64,000 nt of DNA from an uncultured virus (IMG/VR IMGVR_UViG_3300045738_001977) (taxonomy: Duplodnaviria; Heunggongvirae; Uroviricota; Caudoviricetes). How positions within the stretch are numbered: position 1 is the stretch's first letter; each line of letters begins with the position of its first letter. Below are positions 1-7,767 of the stretch, piece after piece. Where the stretch lies: IMG/VR virus record IMGVR_UViG_3300045738_001977. One strand, 5' to 3'. The position numbers and the translations under genes are program-made. The notes under the pieces were generated by a model. That model saw only the letters and a list, made by a program, of their open reading frames with translations. It ran no database searches and was not told where the DNA came from.

Positions 1-1
1 T

Positions 2-3000
2 AGCGATAAAGTTTTTGGAGTTGTAATTTATAGCCCGACTGTAACTAACAACACCGGCGCGGCCGGTGCAACCGCTAGCCTCGAACCTGATCCTGCGGAA
101 TTCAATCATAGCGACGGGACAGGCGGTAGCGTTATTATAAACGGCCATCTTGTGACAATCGTAAATGATGATCCTAGTACTTGCAATTTGAGATGGCACT
201 TAGCGGGTGAAGATTTAAGCGGCTTCAAGCTTGCCGATGAAAGCGACGGCCCAGTCGACGCACCTGCGTGGAGTATTACAGAAGGTACTAACGCCGCCTC
301 CCAAACCGCCAGCGTGTATGTTGTAAAAGAAGACGCAAACAGTAACGAGCCAACGACCGTTGAAGTTAATTTTGTGGGTTGGGGTGGCGGCACGGCCACA
401 GAAGGGGTAGATTATACTGCGACAGGAGGGACTGTTCAGACGGTAACATTCTCTGGAACGACGACCTTAGTTAAGGTGAACTTTGAAGTTCATGCCGACT
501 CCATTGGCGAAGGCAACGAAACCATTCACATTAAGTTACAAAACGCGGATCAAACAGGAATGGGCATGTCCGAACATACTTTAGCTAACACCGCCTCGAT
601 TACCGGCATTGTTACAAACATCTTTGAGATAATTGATGATGACACTTTGATTGAATTTGCCTCGAGCGCCTCTACTGTGCCGGCAGAAGGAGATTCTGGA
701 ATGACAACAGCGCATCTGGTAACCGTACGCAGGGTCGGTTTAACGGTTGGTGAAGCGACAGTTGAGTGGGAAATTACCGGTGGCACGGCAACCAATGCAG
801 TAGATTACTACTCCAACTACAACAACCTTGTAAACGGGATTCTCACGTTTGGCGATGGTTCAGATTCTGAAAACATATCTATATCCATTATTGGAGATAA
901 CGACATTGAAGACGACGAAACCTTTACTATTACTTTGTCGAATGCTCAGAATGACCCTCAATATACCCCGGTAAGCTTAGGCGCTCAAACTTTACACACA
1001 GTAACAATTACGGATGATGACAATGGGACGTATTTTAAATTTACATCTGGGACTTCTTCCGTGCTCGAGCTCAACGCCAGCAATACCCTCCATGAGGTAA
1101 CGGTAGAAAGAAGGGGAAATCTGTCTGGAATGGCGGAGGTAGGTTGGGATGTCACCGGTGGCACAGCAACCGCCGCCGAAGATTATGATCTCGGTCTGAA
1201 CACAAGTCAGACTTTGACCTTTGCCAGCGCGTCGCTTACCGAGCAGACTGACGGTGTGCAGTTTAAAACTTTCAACATAACTGTGTTGGCAGATACCGAC
1301 ATTGAGGGCAACGAAACCATTGAGATCACTTTGTTGAATCCAACGCACGAAGCTCAAGATCCGGTTGTCGAGGCGCCATCCATAATCGGAACTAATCCAC
1401 ATGTAGTTACAATTATAGGTGATGACACCACTGAGATCCGATTTGCTTCGGCAACCTCTACTGTGCCATTCGAAGGACAACATGCGCCAACCACGCATCT
1501 CATAACGGTTCAAAGGGTTTACGCTGGGACCAATACACTCTGCGACACTGGGATGGCGACAGTAGATTATGAAACGCTCGACGGCGACAGCGGCCTGCCC
1601 GGTGGCCAATGGGACGCGATATCGGGTACAGACTTTGAATACAAGATCGGTACCTTGACTATACCCGACGGACAAAGCTCCGGGACTATATCTGTGGTTA
1701 TTAAAGAAGATCGTATCAATGAGAATGACGAAGAGTTTAGGGTGATCCTGTTCAATCCGACTGCCCTTGGTCCGGTGGTTCTCGGTGGGGTTGTGGTGGA
1801 TGACAAAGCCCACCATACAGTAACAATTACGGACGATGACACCACTCACATAGATTTTACTTTTGACACCTCTTCTCTGTACGAGCCGGAGTGGAGCACG
1901 GCGGCGGGGTCGGGCACAGTCGTACATCAGGTACAGGTTAGGAGGGTTGGCCCACTCCTTGATCTGCTCACCAACGGTACTGCTTCCATAAATTGGGAAA
2001 CTGTAGACGACACTGCAATAGCTGGAGATGATTATGTGGCGGCGAACGGTACCTTGACTATACCCGACACACAAAGCTCCGCGGTTATCGAAATAACGAT
2101 TAATGGAAATGAAACTGTTGATGGTGATAAGACCTTTAAAATAAAATTGAATGAGCCGGCAACGGCCGAGTTTGGCACGGCGGTGTTGGGGTACGGTGGT
2201 TACTTAGATCATGTGGTAACAATTCTGGATAATGACAGCTCGATTCAATTTTCTACAAATACCTCTGTTGTGATAGAAGGAGATTCTGGAACGACAACTC
2301 ATAATGTGAGAGTAACCAGAACCGGTAATTTGCAAGCGTCTGTGAGTTTTAAATACACCATACGTGAGGCGGTGAACAATGAGAGCGCTAATGATCCTGC
2401 GACGGCCGGCACTGATTACACACATCCTTATAGCGTGCCGGCGACGATTGTTTTGCCGTTGGGGACCACCTCCGAACACTTTGTAGATATCCCAATATCC
2501 ATTACTGGGGATCCGAATGCAGAAAACGACGAAGACATTGTGGTCGAGATTTGGGATGTTTTGAGCAGTACTGGATTCACGGGCATAGCGAGCTTGGGCG
2601 CTGGCGTAGCTGGCCAAGACGGGAAGACTTCCTTGATACATGTAGTAACAATTACAAATGATGACACCACCACCACCAGCTGCCCCGCGGGATCTGCTTA
2701 CCAATGTCTAGATAGTTTCGGGCAACCTTGCACGGCCGGCGAGACCGACTGTGAATGCAGTTGCGTAGCCACAACAACTACCGCTGCACCGACGACAACA
2801 ACCGTTGCGCCGACGACAACCGCAGCACCGACGACAACCGCAGCACCGACAACAACTACGTCAACAACTACGTCGACGACGGCAGCACCTACGACTACGA
2901 CGGCAGCGGGAACTACAACTACCGCTGCGGGAAATTATTATCGGGTGCAAGACTGCCAGAACACCAGCAACTACTTCTTTGTTAATGAGAACCAGTGGAG

Positions 3001-3481
3001 TTTTGAACTAAACGATATTGTAAAATGGCAGTGCACCGACGGCGCCAACTGCGTCGAGTTCGAGGAGTATTGCGGTACGGTTCTTAACGCTGTGCTTCCC
3101 CCGCCCTTCACACACATTGATGGAGAAGTAATAGAGACGGAAGACGTAAACGGTAACCCGTATGACGACTGCGGGGAGGGCCAAGCGGGTTGCACAGGAG
3201 GCGGCGGGACAACGACTTCTACAACCGCGGCTTCAGGATCTTACTACCGAGTAGAAGACTGTACGACCGGAGTGGTGTCCATTGTAGCTGATACGACAAT
3301 GTATGCACCGATGGAGGGATGGATCGTGCACTGGATGGATAACAATTTAACGACGAACTATTGCGCGGAGGTTCTTACAACCGCTTCACCCGGTCCACCA
3401 GTGGGTGACATCGCCAACGTGGAAGACATGAATATGGATCCGTATTCCTGTGCGACCTGTAATAATGAACATGGATTATAA
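2..3481 (+). CDS. Calx-beta repeat adhesin/virion fibre protein (5'-truncated) with Thr-rich linker and two Cys-rich C-terminal modules
   Basis: The frame is open from position 2 (SDKVFGVVIYSP...), upstream of the GTG called at 152. There are six complete repeats plus a partial one of the type 'V.R.G....A.V.W...GGTA..G.DY...G.LT......I.I.I.GD...E.DE.F...L.N....H.VTI.DDD', typical of Calx-beta. These are followed by a TTTAAP linker and two 'YYRV.DC...YC...PY.C' modules. Confidence 0.85.
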   Translation, partial: SDKVFGVVIYSPTVTNNTGAAGATASLEPDPAEFNHSDGTGGSVIINGHLVTIVNDDPSTCNLRWHLAGEDLSGFKLADESDGPVDAPAWSITEGTNAASQTASVYVVKEDANSNEPTTVEVNFVGWGGGTATEGVDYTATGGTVQTVTFSGTTTLVKVNFEVHADSIGEGNETIHIKLQNADQTGMGMSEHTLANTASITGIVTNIFEIIDDDTLIEFASSASTVPAEGDSGMTTAHLVTVRRVGLTVGEATVEWEITGGTATNAVDYYSNYNNLVNGILTFGDGSDSENISISIIGDNDIEDDETFTITLSNAQNDPQYTPVSLGAQTLHTVTITDDDNGTYFKFTSGTSSVLELNASNTLHEVTVERRGNLSGMAEVGWDVTGGTATAAEDYDLGLNTSQTLTFASASLTEQTDGVQFKTFNITVLADTDIEGNETIEITLLNPTHEAQDPVVEAPSIIGTNPHVVTIIGDDTTEIRFASATSTVPFEGQHAPTTHLITVQRVYAGTNTLCDTGMATVDYETLDGDSGLPGGQWDAISGTDFEYKIGTLTIPDGQSSGTISVVIKEDRINENDEEFRVILFNPTALGPVVLGGVVVDDKAHHTVTITDDDTTHIDFTFDTSSLYEPEWSTAAGSGTVVHQVQVRRVGPLLDLLTNGTASINWETVDDTAIAGDDYVAANGTLTIPDTQSSAVIEITINGNETVDGDKTFKIKLNEPATAEFGTAVLGYGGYLDHVVTILDNDSSIQFSTNTSVVIEGDSGTTTHNVRVTRTGNLQASVSFKYTIREAVNNESANDPATAGTDYTHPYSVPATIVLPLGTTSEHFVDIPISITGDPNAENDEDIVVEIWDVLSSTGFTGIASLGAGVAGQDGKTSLIHVVTITNDDTTTTSCPAGSAYQCLDSFGQPCTAGETDCECSCVATTTTAAPTTTTVAPTTTAAPTTTAAPTTTTSTTTSTTAAPTTTTAAGTTTTAAGNYYRVQDCQNTSNYFFVNENQWSFELNDIVKWQCTDGANCVEFEEYCGTVLNAVLPPPFTHIDGEVIETEDVNGNPYDDCGEGQAGCTGGGGTTTSTTAASGSYYRVEDCTTGVVSIVADTTMYAPMEGWIVHWMDNNLTTNYCAEVLTTASPGPPVGDIANVEDMNMDPYSCATCNNEHGL

Positions 3482-3484
3482 AAA

Positions 3485-3493
3485 GTGTAATAA
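3485..3493 (+). promoter_or_regulatory. GTGTAATAA recurrent upstream motif (putative late promoter)
   Basis: Begins 14 nt before the ATG at 3499; the same motif precedes many genes in the window. Confidence 0.55.
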
Positions 3494-3498
3494 CTATC

Positions 3499-4635
3499 AT
3501 GAGCGATAACGAAAACAAAGACGACCAAATCAAAGCCTTTTACGACGAAAGCGTAGATATTTCATTACCTGATGATATGGTTATGCCTACGATTCCTGAG
3601 GAAAACGAAGGCAAGGCGTATGAGAACGAAATTATAGACGACGTAGATGTTTCTTTTAAGTTTGCTTTTATTGGCGTTGGGCAAGGCGGATCAAGAATAG
3701 CCGAAACATTTAGCAAGCTTGGATATAATCGGGTGGCAGCAATCAATACCGCTCAGCAAGACCTAAATTCTGTTGATCTCGAACATAAACTATGTATTGG
3801 AGATGGAGGCGCAGGAAAACAGCCCGAGCTAGCTAAACAAATATTTAAAGAAAAGAAAGAAGACGTTTTAGATTTCATGCGCTACTCTTTCGGAGAATCG
3901 TTTGACAGAATTTTCGTATGCGCTGGTGGAGGAGGAGGTTCTGGATCAGGAATGATGGCTCCAATTGTGGAGCAGGCCCAAGAACTGCAAAGAATGTTAG
4001 ACACAAGCTCAAAGCAGGTTGGGGTAATTTTGACTTTGCCGAGAAAATCCGAAGGGCAAAAAGTACACGCAAATGCAAGGAGAGCCTTAAATGAGGCTGT
4101 TAATTTAAGAAACAGGGGGCTTGTTTCTCCTCTCATTATTTTGGATAACGAAAAAATTAGCGAACTATATCCAAATCTTTCTGTGTCCAAGTTCTGGGAT
4201 ACGGCAAATTCAAATATGGCAGGTTTATTTCACCTGTTTAATTTGACGTCTAACAAAGATAGCAGTTATTCTTCGTTCGATAAAAATGATTATTTAACAA
4301 TATTGAATTCAGGAGTTGTAGCTTTCGGGGTTTCTCCTGTTCAAAAATGGGATGATCCCGTTGCACTTTCGAGAGTGGTAAGGGACAATTTGAAAAAAAG
4401 CTTATTGTCTGGAGTAACAGATATCTCAACAGGGAACACGGCTGGGGTTATAGTAATCGGCGGAAAAGAAGTATTAGACAACCTTCCTCAAAGTCACATA
4501 GACCAAGCTCTAGATCAACTTAATAGATTGTTAAGACCGGGAAGCGTAATTCATAGAGGGATTTATAGCGGCGATAAACCCACCTTAATGATTTTTACCG
4601 CTATAGGTGGGCTCGCAAATCCACCCCTTAAGTAA
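3499..4635 (+). CDS. Tubulin/FtsZ-family GTPase (phage-encoded, divergent)
   Basis: N-terminal GVGQGGSRIA loop, AINT, GAGK, tubulin signature-like GGGGGSGSG, P..SEG, DNE and T7-loop-like FDKND, in FtsZ order. Acidic N-terminal extension and no FtsZ C-terminal tail. Confidence 0.88.
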   Translation: MSDNENKDDQIKAFYDESVDISLPDDMVMPTIPEENEGKAYENEIIDDVDVSFKFAFIGVGQGGSRIAETFSKLGYNRVAAINTAQQDLNSVDLEHKLCIGDGGAGKQPELAKQIFKEKKEDVLDFMRYSFGESFDRIFVCAGGGGGSGSGMMAPIVEQAQELQRMLDTSSKQVGVILTLPRKSEGQKVHANARRALNEAVNLRNRGLVSPLIILDNEKISELYPNLSVSKFWDTANSNMAGLFHLFNLTSNKDSSYSSFDKNDYLTILNSGVVAFGVSPVQKWDDPVALSRVVRDNLKKSLLSGVTDISTGNTAGVIVIGGKEVLDNLPQSHIDQALDQLNRLLRPGSVIHRGIYSGDKPTLMIFTAIGGLANPPLK

Positions 4636-5433
4636 ATGAATGATGTAGCTGCAATTACTTGTTTTTTTAATTTTGAAAAAAATCCTGACAAGTTAAAAAA
4701 ATTTATCAAATTCAAAGACGCCATAGAAAAACAAGGCGTCCCACTTTTTGTTATAGAAATTTCACCAGAAGGGGTGATTCCAGTTCTTCGTAAGGCCTGC
4801 GGTAAAGGTAAATATATGTCAGGTAAAACGATTGTTCCCGTTTTAATCAAGGGAAATGCCCTCAATGTTCTGTCTTCTCATATCCCTAAAGAATACAAGA
4901 ACATCGCTTGGTTGAATTGGGGAACTACTATAACAAACGAAAACTGGGCGGAAGAAGCCTGCGTTCTTTTAGATAATTATAAACTGGTAAAAATTGGAAG
5001 AGACTCGGATTGGGAATCCCCCATGGTTGTCAAAAGGGACTTTTTTGAAATGATAGGTTTATTTGATTATGATTTTTGCGGGAATAGCAACTTGATAACA
5101 TTCCTTAGCGCCGTAGATGACAGCACACTCTATAACTATAAAGATTTGTTAGATCTGTATGAAGAGAGCAATTTAGAAATTTTTTATAAAATACTTTCTT
5201 ACAAACAATTGTGTTATAATTATTTTAACGGAAGCGTTACTTGTTTAGACTCTACAATAAAAAATATATCAAACAGCAAACTTGTCTCCGTAGAACAATC
5301 AATTGGTTTACTAAAACATATAGACGCGGATTACAATATCCATTATGAAAATATTCACAAACTAATAGCTGTTAAAAATCTATTAGAATTTAATTATCCG
5401 GCGAATATGTTAAATTTATTAAAGAAGGTGTAA
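4636..5433 (+). CDS. Hypothetical protein, possible degenerate GT-A glycosyltransferase-like fold
   Basis: 'AAITCFFN...LFVIEI...KGNALN...YKNIAWL' resembles the N-terminal part of phage glycosyltransferase-like proteins, but the expected DxD position reads NWG. Confidence 0.4.
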   Translation: MNDVAAITCFFNFEKNPDKLKKFIKFKDAIEKQGVPLFVIEISPEGVIPVLRKACGKGKYMSGKTIVPVLIKGNALNVLSSHIPKEYKNIAWLNWGTTITNENWAEEACVLLDNYKLVKIGRDSDWESPMVVKRDFFEMIGLFDYDFCGNSNLITFLSAVDDSTLYNYKDLLDLYEESNLEIFYKILSYKQLCYNYFNGSVTCLDSTIKNISNSKLVSVEQSIGLLKHIDADYNIHYENIHKLIAVKNLLEFNYPANMLNLLKKV

Positions 5434-5436
5434 TTA
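5428..5436 (+). promoter_or_regulatory. GTGTAATTA motif
   Basis: Overlaps the stop codon of the upstream gene; 16 nt before the ATG at 5444. Confidence 0.45.
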
Positions 5437-5443
5437 ATTATGA

Positions 5444-5947
5444 ATGAGGTTTATTATAGCTTTAATTTTGTCAATAGTGCTGTCTGGCTGCGGCGTATTG
5501 CAAAGTTCGAGAGATTCTGATTGGGTTAAAAAACAACGAGCAATGAATCTTGATCCTTATCATATTCAAAGCTGTGGGCCAGAAGCATTACAAAAAGCGT
5601 TTTTAAACTTCGGTATTTCAATTGGGCTAGAAAGCTTAAGTTATACAATACAAAGCAGCCCCTCTTGTAGCAATCTTTTAAGGGACGCGCTATCCGCGTT
5701 CAACAAGGAGGCCAGACAAATAACGTTTCCAGCAGAAATCAAAAAGATTTTAAAGAAAAACGGCTTCACGATCGTCTCTATAGAAAGGCTAAAAGATTTG
5801 GACAAAGACAAAGACACGGCTGTAGTTCTAATCAGAAAAAAAGGTTCCCTAACCTACCACTGGGCCTGCTTCCCGAACGATGGAAATATCGAAAGTTTTT
5901 TTGGAAAAGACACTGTTATAGAAGAAATATATCTTATTACAAAATAA
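5444..5947 (+). CDS. Predicted lipoprotein with C39-like cysteine peptidase motif
   Basis: Signal peptide with lipobox MRFIIALILSIVLSG-C; QSCGP (Cys nucleophile-like) and downstream YHW (His). Confidence 0.6.
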   Translation: MRFIIALILSIVLSGCGVLQSSRDSDWVKKQRAMNLDPYHIQSCGPEALQKAFLNFGISIGLESLSYTIQSSPSCSNLLRDALSAFNKEARQITFPAEIKKILKKNGFTIVSIERLKDLDKDKDTAVVLIRKKGSLTYHWACFPNDGNIESFFGKDTVIEEIYLITK

Positions 5948-5992
5948 AACAAATATTTATTAATTTTTATTGAATCTTTTGCAATAAAAATA

Positions 5993-6000
5993 GTGTATTA
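5993..6000 (+). promoter_or_regulatory. GTGTATTA variant motif
   Basis: In an AT-rich intergenic gap, 33 nt before the ATG at 6026. Confidence 0.4.
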
Positions 6001-6025
6001 TTAGTTGTAGGGAACACGCTTTTTC

Positions 6026-6544
6026 ATGAAAAAACTAGAAATCGAAGGATTGGATAACGAGCCCCAAGAAGAGGCTAAAGATAATGCGCAGGAGCAAAAC
6101 ATAGCTTTTTCTTCCAAGCTCGTTGACTACTTTTCTCAACAAGTAAAAGTCTTTAAGAAGAACAACAAGGTTTCCCTAACCGCAGACAACCTCAAAAAAG
6201 TATATTGTCATGGAGCAAGACTGGCAAAGAGCTGCGGCGTAGAGCCTCTTAATCTTTACGCTTTGGCAAGAGTACATATGTTTCTAAGAATGAAATCTGG
6301 AGATATGGAAGTAACCAAACAATCCGCGCCTGACCTAGCTAAAGCTACTAAGCTAGACTTAGAAGACTCTCAAAAAAATATGAAATTTTCGAGTTTTATT
6401 GACATTTCAGAATCTCGATTTCCTACCGAAGATGACCTCAAGAAAGCTGAAAAAGAAATGGATGAAAACGACCTAAAACATGAATATAACAACATAGAAG
6501 ATTTATATTTAGAATATGAACCAATTGAACCAAAGTGGGATTAA
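6026..6544 (+). CDS. Hypothetical protein, DUF5824-like segment
   Basis: 'LKKVYCHGA...YALARVHMFL' resembles the 'L..VY.RG...WA.ARV..F' pattern seen in viral proteins; recognised by eye only. Confidence 0.45.
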   Translation: MKKLEIEGLDNEPQEEAKDNAQEQNIAFSSKLVDYFSQQVKVFKKNNKVSLTADNLKKVYCHGARLAKSCGVEPLNLYALARVHMFLRMKSGDMEVTKQSAPDLAKATKLDLEDSQKNMKFSSFIDISESRFPTEDDLKKAEKEMDENDLKHEYNNIEDLYLEYEPIEPKWD

Positions 6545-6547
6545 ATT

Positions 6548-7432
6548 ATGAACATCGACTTCACCAATCAAATTAAAGAACTAAAAGAAAAAGACGTCTT
6601 ACATAAGCCGTTTCCGGTGGCAGATGGAGGATACGCTCTTTTCGCCAAGAATGAAAAAGGGAACTTTGTCAGAGTATTGTTCTCTAACCAAGACCACGTC
6701 AAAAAATATCTTAGTGACCTCGGGTATGACTGGGGGAACGAGGGGAAAAATGAATATACAAATTTTGATTCCCTAAATCGTCTTTTAACGGTTATGCCTG
6801 AATTGGCCGGAGCAGAGACTATCGCCGCAGACCCACAGTGGGAAATTTCTGAGAAAGCTGTTGATTTTCCCCAAAACTCTTCTAAAAGAACAATGGAAGA
6901 TATGCCTGACGCTGTCAAACTTAGAGAAGTCGATCACCCAGTTCGTGCCGAGGATTTTCGCATGAATATTGAAGACAACATTGAAGACGTCGTCGCCAAG
7001 GATGACAAAACCTCAACCTCCAAAAAGAAGCTTCCGCCGTGGCTCGATAAAGACAAGAAGAAAGATAAAAAGGACGGCAAGAAGGGGGATAAGAAAAAAG
7101 ATAAGAAGGGCGATAAAAAGGAAGAAGGCAAAAATGGCAAAAAACTTCCGCCATGGTTAATGAAAAAGAAGAGCAAATCGAAAGATTATTCCGAACTTTA
7201 CCGCAAAGTTACTGACGCTGAATACGGTGGCTCTCTCAAAGTGGGAGACAACGTTAAAAACGTCAACAAAAAATGCACTCACTTTGGAAGCGAAGGGGTT
7301 ATCAAAAAGTTCAATGACATCCCGGGCAACAAGGGGGTAACTATTGCCTATAAATGTACTAACGCTGGAAAAGGCTGGAAAGAGGGAGACGTCTTAGACA
7401 AAACCCCAGACCAGTTAGAACTGAAAAGGTAA
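6548..7432 (+). CDS. Hypothetical protein with Lys/Asp-rich linker bracketed by two KKLPPWL motifs and a small C-terminal beta domain
   Basis: 294-aa ORF in the operon; low-complexity DKKKDKK tract; 'LKVGDNVKN...' C-terminal domain. Confidence 0.7.
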   Translation: MNIDFTNQIKELKEKDVLHKPFPVADGGYALFAKNEKGNFVRVLFSNQDHVKKYLSDLGYDWGNEGKNEYTNFDSLNRLLTVMPELAGAETIAADPQWEISEKAVDFPQNSSKRTMEDMPDAVKLREVDHPVRAEDFRMNIEDNIEDVVAKDDKTSTSKKKLPPWLDKDKKKDKKDGKKGDKKKDKKGDKKEEGKNGKKLPPWLMKKKSKSKDYSELYRKVTDAEYGGSLKVGDNVKNVNKKCTHFGSEGVIKKFNDIPGNKGVTIAYKCTNAGKGWKEGDVLDKTPDQLELKR

Positions 7433-7435
7433 ATT

Positions 7436-7765
7436 ATGTCATTTTTTAGAGAAACAGGCAGGCCAGAGCCTTCAAGAGTCGCCAATCATTCTGGCACCGG
7501 TACCGCGGTCTTTGTTGACGGGGCGGATATTCTTCCGGATCAACGCGTTGTTGTCTATGACATTACGACATCTTTGGCCCTTAATTTGGCGGACACCATC
7601 ACCGGTGCCGCTGTTATGTATATTGAGGCGGGGAATTGCAATTTATCGGCTCCAATTGCTTTCCCAAAAGGCAGTGGCGTTGTATTAAATTTAGCTGACG
7701 ACCCATTAACGGGTTTACCCATTTCAGCAAACGTAACAATAACATATGACATCGTAGAAGGATAA
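7436..7765 (+). CDS. Small beta-rich hypothetical protein (possible virion protein)
   Basis: 109-aa ORF tightly packed between its neighbours, directly upstream of the prohead protease. Confidence 0.65.
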   Translation: MSFFRETGRPEPSRVANHSGTGTAVFVDGADILPDQRVVVYDITTSLALNLADTITGAAVMYIEAGNCNLSAPIAFPKGSGVVLNLADDPLTGLPISANVTITYDIVEG

Positions 7766-7767
7766 GC

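Noticed and set aside
152..154. GTG at 152 as the true start of the first gene
   Set aside because: The frame is open to the window edge and the upstream residues continue a Calx-beta repeat.
3499..4635. Cellular ftsZ indicating a bacterial chromosome
   Set aside because: No ftsA or mur neighbours, divergent sequence, and surrounded by phage structural genes.
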